A stretch of DNA of 21,929 nucleotides, from contig JBGAJQ010000079.1 of assembly GCA_044224875.1 (NCBI GenBank), positions 1-21,929 of the forward strand. Reading direction: 5' to 3'. The DNA comes from Gemmatimonadaceae bacterium (GTDB taxonomy: Bacteria; Gemmatimonadota; Gemmatimonadetes; Gemmatimonadales; Gemmatimonadaceae). This document shows positions 17,515 through 21,929 of the stretch, piece after piece. Made by a program: the position numbers and the translations under genes. Within the stretch, counting starts at the first letter, position 1. Each line of letters starts with the position of its first letter. A model generated the notes under the pieces. It ran no database searches and was not told the origin of the DNA. It saw only the letters and a list, made by a program, of their open reading frames with translations.

Positions 17515-17577
17515 GCATGCGCGATCGGGATGTCCCGAGCGCCGCCGATCCGTCGAACGATTCGGCAGGAAGGGCCC

Positions 17578-17964
17578 ATGAGCAGTGATAGCCGACGCCC
17601 TGACCGCGTCGCCGAGGCGATACGCGTCGAGGTCGCGACATTTCTTGCAGAAGGCGTGAAGGACCCGCGTATCCGTGGACTCGTCACCGTCACCGGTGTC
17701 GAGGTCCCGCGCGATTTGCGACACGCGCACGTGTATGTCTCCATCCTCGGATCCGACGAGGAACGACAGTCGACGTTCGACGGGCTTCGGTCCCTCGCCT
17801 CGCACTTGCGCTCACGTCTCGGCAAGTCGTTGCGCCTGCGATTGGCGCCAGAGCTCGACTTCCGCATCGACACTAGCGTGGCGCGTGCCGCTCGCATCGA
17901 GTCCCTGTTGGCTCAAGTGCGCGATGGGACGCCGGTAGACCAGGACGCGAGCGATCTTGACTGA
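17578..17964 (+). CDS. rbfA: 30S ribosome-binding factor A
   Basis: RRPDRVAEAIR...VKDPRI..VTVTGVEV..DLRHAHVYVS...LRLAPELDF; ATG 17578 follows GGAAGG. Confidence 0.96.
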   Translation: MSSDSRRPDRVAEAIRVEVATFLAEGVKDPRIRGLVTVTGVEVPRDLRHAHVYVSILGSDEERQSTFDGLRSLASHLRSRLGKSLRLRLAPELDFRIDTSVARAARIESLLAQVRDGTPVDQDASDLD

Positions 17965-18814
17965 CGGCTTCATGCTCGTCGACAAGCCGGCGGGGATGAC
18001 TTCTCTCGACGTCGTAGCGGTGGTGCGTCGTGTCTGCGGCACGCGACGCGTCGGTCATACCGGCACCCTCGACCCGATGGCCACGGGGCTCCTTGTCGTG
18101 CTCGTTGGGCGTTTGACGCGGCTTGCCGACTTCGTGCCCGGAGAACCCAAGGCCTACGACGCGACGATTGCGTTCGGGTATGAGACGACCACCGACGACG
18201 CCGCGGGGGAGTCGCGACGGACCTCGGGGTACCGGCCAACCATGGAAGAAATCCGGAACGCCACGTTGTCGCTGACGGGAGAGATTGCCCAGCTTCCCCC
18301 GGAATACTCGGCCAAGCAGGTGGCGGGGCGTCGGGCCTACGCCGCGGCACGGGACGGAGCACCCCTTCAGCTCCAACCGGCGAGTGTGCGCGTCGACGGC
18401 TGGCTGCTTGATGAATTCAACGATGGACTCCTGCGGGCACGAATCACGTGTGGCCGCGGCACCTACATCCGCGCACTGGCGCGCGATCTCGGGCGGGCCA
18501 CGAGGAGCGCCGCCCACCTCGTCGCGCTGCGACGCACACGCTCCGGTCCGTTCTCCGTCGCCGATGCGGCCACGGTGGAGTCCCTCCGCCAAGGCGTACC
18601 TTCGCTACTCTCGTCGCGAACGCTTCTTGGACACCTTCCGCAGGTCGCCCTCTCAGAAGCCGAGGCCGAGTCGGTCCGCCAAGGCCGGACCATCACTGCC
18701 CATGCCTGCGGTGACCGCGCCGCGCTGGTCGATCCATCGGGCGATCTCCTCGCCGTCGCCGAGCGCGCCGAGTCCGATCATTGGCAGCCACGCGTGGTAT
18801 TGACCGGTGCCTAA
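17957..18814 (+). CDS. truB: tRNA pseudouridine(55) synthase
   Basis: DKPAGMTS, GHTGTLDPMATG (catalytic Asp), PPEYSAK, GTYIRALARD and LRRTRSG motifs. Confidence 0.97.
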   Translation: MTDGFMLVDKPAGMTSLDVVAVVRRVCGTRRVGHTGTLDPMATGLLVVLVGRLTRLADFVPGEPKAYDATIAFGYETTTDDAAGESRRTSGYRPTMEEIRNATLSLTGEIAQLPPEYSAKQVAGRRAYAAARDGAPLQLQPASVRVDGWLLDEFNDGLLRARITCGRGTYIRALARDLGRATRSAAHLVALRRTRSGPFSVADAATVESLRQGVPSLLSSRTLLGHLPQVALSEAEAESVRQGRTITAHACGDRAALVDPSGDLLAVAERAESDHWQPRVVLTGA

Positions 18815-19736
18815 CGCGTCCGGACTTCCTTCCAACGTCGAGCGCACAGCGATCACCGTCGGCAGCTTCGACGGTGTCCATCGCGGCCACCAGGACGTGT
18901 TTGCTCGCCTCATCGCGCGGGCGCGGACCCTCGGCGTTCCGTCGCTGCTCGTCACGTTCGACCCGCATCCGCTCGAGGTGGTGAACCCCTCCGCCGCGCC
19001 GCCATTGCTCACGGTCGGTGATGAAAAACTGGAGGTCCTCGCGGAAAGCGGTGTCGAGTACGTCGCGGTCCTGCCCTTCACACCAGCCTTGGCCCGGTTA
19101 GAAGCCAGTGAATTCGTCGACGAGGTCCTCATTCGGCGATTCCGGATGCACGACCTGTTGATGGGACACGACCACGGCTTTGGCCGCAACCGAACCGGCA
19201 ATCTCGACGTGATGCGAGCGCTCGGCCAGGCGAGAGGGTTCGACGTCGACGTCGTACCCCCCGTGACCGTCGAAGATGGCCCACCTATTTCGTCGACGGG
19301 TATTCGTCGCGCCATTGCGGGCGGAGACTTGGCGCGGGCGCGCGTTGCTTTGGGGCGCCCCTACGCCATCGGAGGACGAGTCGTGCACGGCGACCGGCGA
19401 GGGCGCCTCCTGGGCTACCCGACCATCAACGTCCCGCTGCCATCGCCACGAAAACTGCTCCCACCGCAGGGAGTGTACGCCGTTCGCGCGCAAACACCGA
19501 AGGGCGCATTCGACGGTATGCTCAACCTCGGGCCACGACCCACGTTTGGGGATCAGGAAGTGGTGATCGAGGTACACCTGTTTGGCACGCCGGGGGACCT
19601 GTATGGGGACCGCGTTCGCATCGACCTGATCGGACGCTTGCGGGACACGATGCGCTTTGAGGGCCCCGAGGCACTCATCGCGCAGCTGGGACGGGATGCC
19701 GAAGCGGCGCGGCAGCTGTTGGCCGCAACCGATTGA
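18807..19736 (+). CDS. ribF: Bifunctional riboflavin kinase / FAD synthetase
   Basis: [47 protein letters not shown] and EVHL motifs. Confidence 0.97.
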   Translation: MPNASGLPSNVERTAITVGSFDGVHRGHQDVFARLIARARTLGVPSLLVTFDPHPLEVVNPSAAPPLLTVGDEKLEVLAESGVEYVAVLPFTPALARLEASEFVDEVLIRRFRMHDLLMGHDHGFGRNRTGNLDVMRALGQARGFDVDVVPPVTVEDGPPISSTGIRRAIAGGDLARARVALGRPYAIGGRVVHGDRRGRLLGYPTINVPLPSPRKLLPPQGVYAVRAQTPKGAFDGMLNLGPRPTFGDQEVVIEVHLFGTPGDLYGDRVRIDLIGRLRDTMRFEGPEALIAQLGRDAEAARQLLAATD

Positions 19737-19752
19737 CAGGAACGATTTTCCG

Positions 19753-19781
19753 TTGACTGAGGGGGCCGAGCGGCCTAACCT
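19753..19781 (+). promoter_or_regulatory. Putative sigma70 promoter for secDF
   Basis: TTGACT (19753-19758)-N17-TAACCT (19776-19781), 40 nt upstream of the secD ATG. Confidence 0.65.
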
Positions 19782-19821
19782 TCATAGCTTCCCAAGAATC
19801 CACTTTCTCTACCGTGCCGGC

Positions 19822-21483
19822 ATGACGAACCTGAAGTACCGCGTGGGGCTAATTGTCGCCTTCGTAATCGCGTCAGTCTGGGCGCTATTTCCCCGCACAA
19901 CGATCGAGCGCACCACCGCCGGCGGCGTCGTGAAGTACGACACGCTCCGCCGCGTGCCACTCAAGCGCGGGCTCGACCTGCAAGGCGGCATGCACGTGGC
20001 CCTCGAAGTCGATGAGTCGCGTCAGGCGGTGGTGAACAAGAGCGATGCACTCGACCGCGCGCTGAAGGTCGTCCGGACCCGCATTGACCAGTTCGGCGTG
20101 TCCGAGCCGGTGGTACAGAAGGTGGGCAACGACCGCATCATCGTTGAACTGCCGGGTGTTGATGATCCGGATCGCGCGGAGAAGGTCCTCAAGCAATCGG
20201 CCTTTCTGCAGTTCATGCTCACGGATAAGACGGGGTCGCTGGAAAAGTCGCTCTCGCGTCTTGATCAGGTCATCAAGGAGACGAGTGGAGACTCGAGCTC
20301 GGCGACGGCATCGACCACGGCCGGGGCAAGCAATCAGATCGCGGGACTTCTCGGTCAGGATACCACAAAGAAGGTCGCTGGGGCCGATAGCGCGAAGAAG
20401 GACAGCACGACCGTCCCTGGTTTGAATTCCAACGCCGGGCCGCTCTCCCGCATTGTTCAGCAGGGCCAGATGCCTGGTGAGTACTTCGTATCTGAGGCGG
20501 ACTATCCGAAGGCCGAACGCTGGCTGTCTTTACCTCAGGTTCAAGCGGCGCTTCCTCCAGGGAAGGTCGTTCGGTGGGGGAGTGACACCGTGTCACTGGG
20601 AACCCAGCCTTATCGGCCGTTCTACATTCTGGATGCTCGACCCATCATCACCGGCGAGTACTTGCAGGACGCCAAGCCGAACAACAATCCCATTGAGGGG
20701 ACGGTTGTCGAGTTCACGCTGAACAATGAGGGAGGCCGTCGCTTCCGGCAGGAGACGGCGAAGCACATCGGGGACTACATGCCGATCGTGCTCGACGACA
20801 AGGTCATGGGTCGTCCGCCCGTCATTCAGGGCGCCATCGGCACGCGCGGGCAGATCACGATGGGTCGCCGAGACCTGCAGGAGGCGCAGGATCTGGCGCT
20901 GGTCTTGCGCGCCGGCTCGCTCCCGGTTCCCCTGAAGATCGCCGAGGTCCGGCGCATCGGTGCGTCGTTAGGTGAAGACTCGATCAACAAGGGGCGGGTG
21001 GCGATGATCGTTGCCGTGCTCCTGGTGATCGGGATCATGGTGGGGTACTACCGGTTCTCCGGCGTGCTCGCCGTGGCCGCGCTCGCGCTGTACATCCTGT
21101 ACACGCTCGCCATCCTCGCCGGCTTCGACGCTGTGGTGACGCTCCCAGGGCTGGCAGGGCTGGTCCTGACAGTCGGCATCGCCGTTGATGCGAACGTCCT
21201 GATCTTCGAACGCATTCGAGAGGAACTCGATCGCGGCAAGACGATTCGGACGTCGATCGACGAGGGCTTCCGGCACGCCCTGAGTGCCATCGTGGACACG
21301 AGCTTAACGACGATCCTGACCGGAGCCGTCTTGTACCAATACGGCACCGGACCAGTGCGCGGCTTTGCCGTCACGCTGATCGCTGGAATCGCCGCGTCCC
21401 TGTTCACTGCCATATTCGTCGTGCGCACGTTCTACCTCCTCTGGTTGAACCGAGCGCGCAACGCACAGACGCTGAGCATCTGA
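19822..21483 (+). CDS. secD: Protein translocase subunit SecD
   Basis: Starts MTNLKYR at ATG 19822 (the ORF-track start at 19657 overlaps ribF). [24 protein letters not shown] and TLPGLAG...[15 protein letters not shown] motifs. Confidence 0.97.
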   Translation: MTNLKYRVGLIVAFVIASVWALFPRTTIERTTAGGVVKYDTLRRVPLKRGLDLQGGMHVALEVDESRQAVVNKSDALDRALKVVRTRIDQFGVSEPVVQKVGNDRIIVELPGVDDPDRAEKVLKQSAFLQFMLTDKTGSLEKSLSRLDQVIKETSGDSSSATASTTAGASNQIAGLLGQDTTKKVAGADSAKKDSTTVPGLNSNAGPLSRIVQQGQMPGEYFVSEADYPKAERWLSLPQVQAALPPGKVVRWGSDTVSLGTQPYRPFYILDARPIITGEYLQDAKPNNNPIEGTVVEFTLNNEGGRRFRQETAKHIGDYMPIVLDDKVMGRPPVIQGAIGTRGQITMGRRDLQEAQDLALVLRAGSLPVPLKIAEVRRIGASLGEDSINKGRVAMIVAVLLVIGIMVGYYRFSGVLAVAALALYILYTLAILAGFDAVVTLPGLAGLVLTVGIAVDANVLIFERIREELDRGKTIRTSIDEGFRHALSAIVDTSLTTILTGAVLYQYGTGPVRGFAVTLIAGIAASLFTAIFVVRTFYLLWLNRARNAQTLSI

Positions 21484-21929
21484 TGATTCGCATCTTCCAC
21501 AACACCACCTACGATTTCATCAAGTGGTGGCGTCAGGCGGCCATCGCCACCATCGCCTTCATGGTGCTGGGTCTCGCCTCGTTCGCCATCAAGGGTGGCG
21601 TGAACTACAGCATCGAATTCACTGGCGGTACGCTGATGCAGCTGCGGTTCAAGGCGCCCGCTTCCGCCGGCGACATCCGGGCCGTCCTGGACGCCGCGGG
21701 TGTGCACGGCGCCGAAATCCAGCAGTTCGGCTCCGATCGCGAGTTCACCATCCGCGCTCAGGATCGTGCGCAGGTTGAGACCCAGGCGACGGCCGCAGAA
21801 GGTGTGTCCAAGCAGATCGTCACCGCACTGACCGCCAAGTACGGCGCGGACGGCTTTGTGCCCGATCGAATTGAAGCTGTCGGTCCAAAGGTGGGAAGCG
21901 AGCTTCGGCGCGGTGCAGTCATCGCCATG
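21483..21929 (+). CDS. secF: Protein translocase subunit SecF, 5' part; runs off the right edge
   Basis: Not in the ORF track. The ATG overlaps the secD stop (TGATG). My translation is [18 protein letters not shown]...GVNYSIEFTGGTLMQL...EAVGPKVGSELRR, carrying the SecF FTGG and VGP motifs. Confidence 0.95.
   Translation, partial: MIRIFHNTTYDFIKWWRQAAIATIAFMVLGLASFAIKGGVNYSIEFTGGTLMQLRFKAPASAGDIRAVLDAAGVHGAEIQQFGSDREFTIRAQDRAQVETQATAAEGVSKQIVTALTAKYGADGFVPDRIEAVGPKVGSELRRGAVIAM

Noticed and set aside
16422..17897. 491-aa minus-strand ORF
   Set aside because: It is antisense to infB and rbfA, explained by codon bias, and has no recognisable domain.
19657..19821. Apparent N-terminal extension of SecD
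   Set aside because: It overlaps ribF and spans the predicted secD promoter; ATG 19822 gives a normal first transmembrane helix.
1..21929. Mobile elements, CRISPR arrays, prophage, defence or toxin-antitoxin systems
   Set aside because: All coding space is accounted for by housekeeping or envelope genes with minimal gaps; I saw no transposase, integrase, repeat-spacer array or compositional island.

Overview
GC-rich bacterial chromosomal window made up almost entirely of core housekeeping genes; protein sequences and gene order suggest Gemmatimonadota (inference). From left to right: the 5' end of a minus-strand roadblock/LC7 (MglB-like) gene; a tightly coupled plus-strand operon (uncharacterised lipoprotein, serS, orphan histidine kinase, pcrA, gatC, gatA, gatB); a convergent minus-strand pair (DUF948-like membrane protein and a secreted zinc-dependent phospholipase C/P1-family protein); murA and a YfiH/PgeF-family gene; the rimP-nusA-L7Ae-infB-rbfA-truB-ribF operon; and secD-secF, cut off at the window edge. 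I found no mobile element, CRISPR array, rRNA, tRNA or defence system, and no convincing new multi-gene system. The main anomaly is an in-frame loss of about 45 conserved residues in gatA. Other notable points are a Cys-to-Asp (fosfomycin-insensitive type) MurA, a two-hairpin attenuator-like leader before rimP-nusA, a shared AAGTCAAGC-N4/6-GCTTGAA inverted repeat in both divergent promoter regions, and a probably leaderless HmuY-like lipoprotein heading the serS-gatCAB operon.
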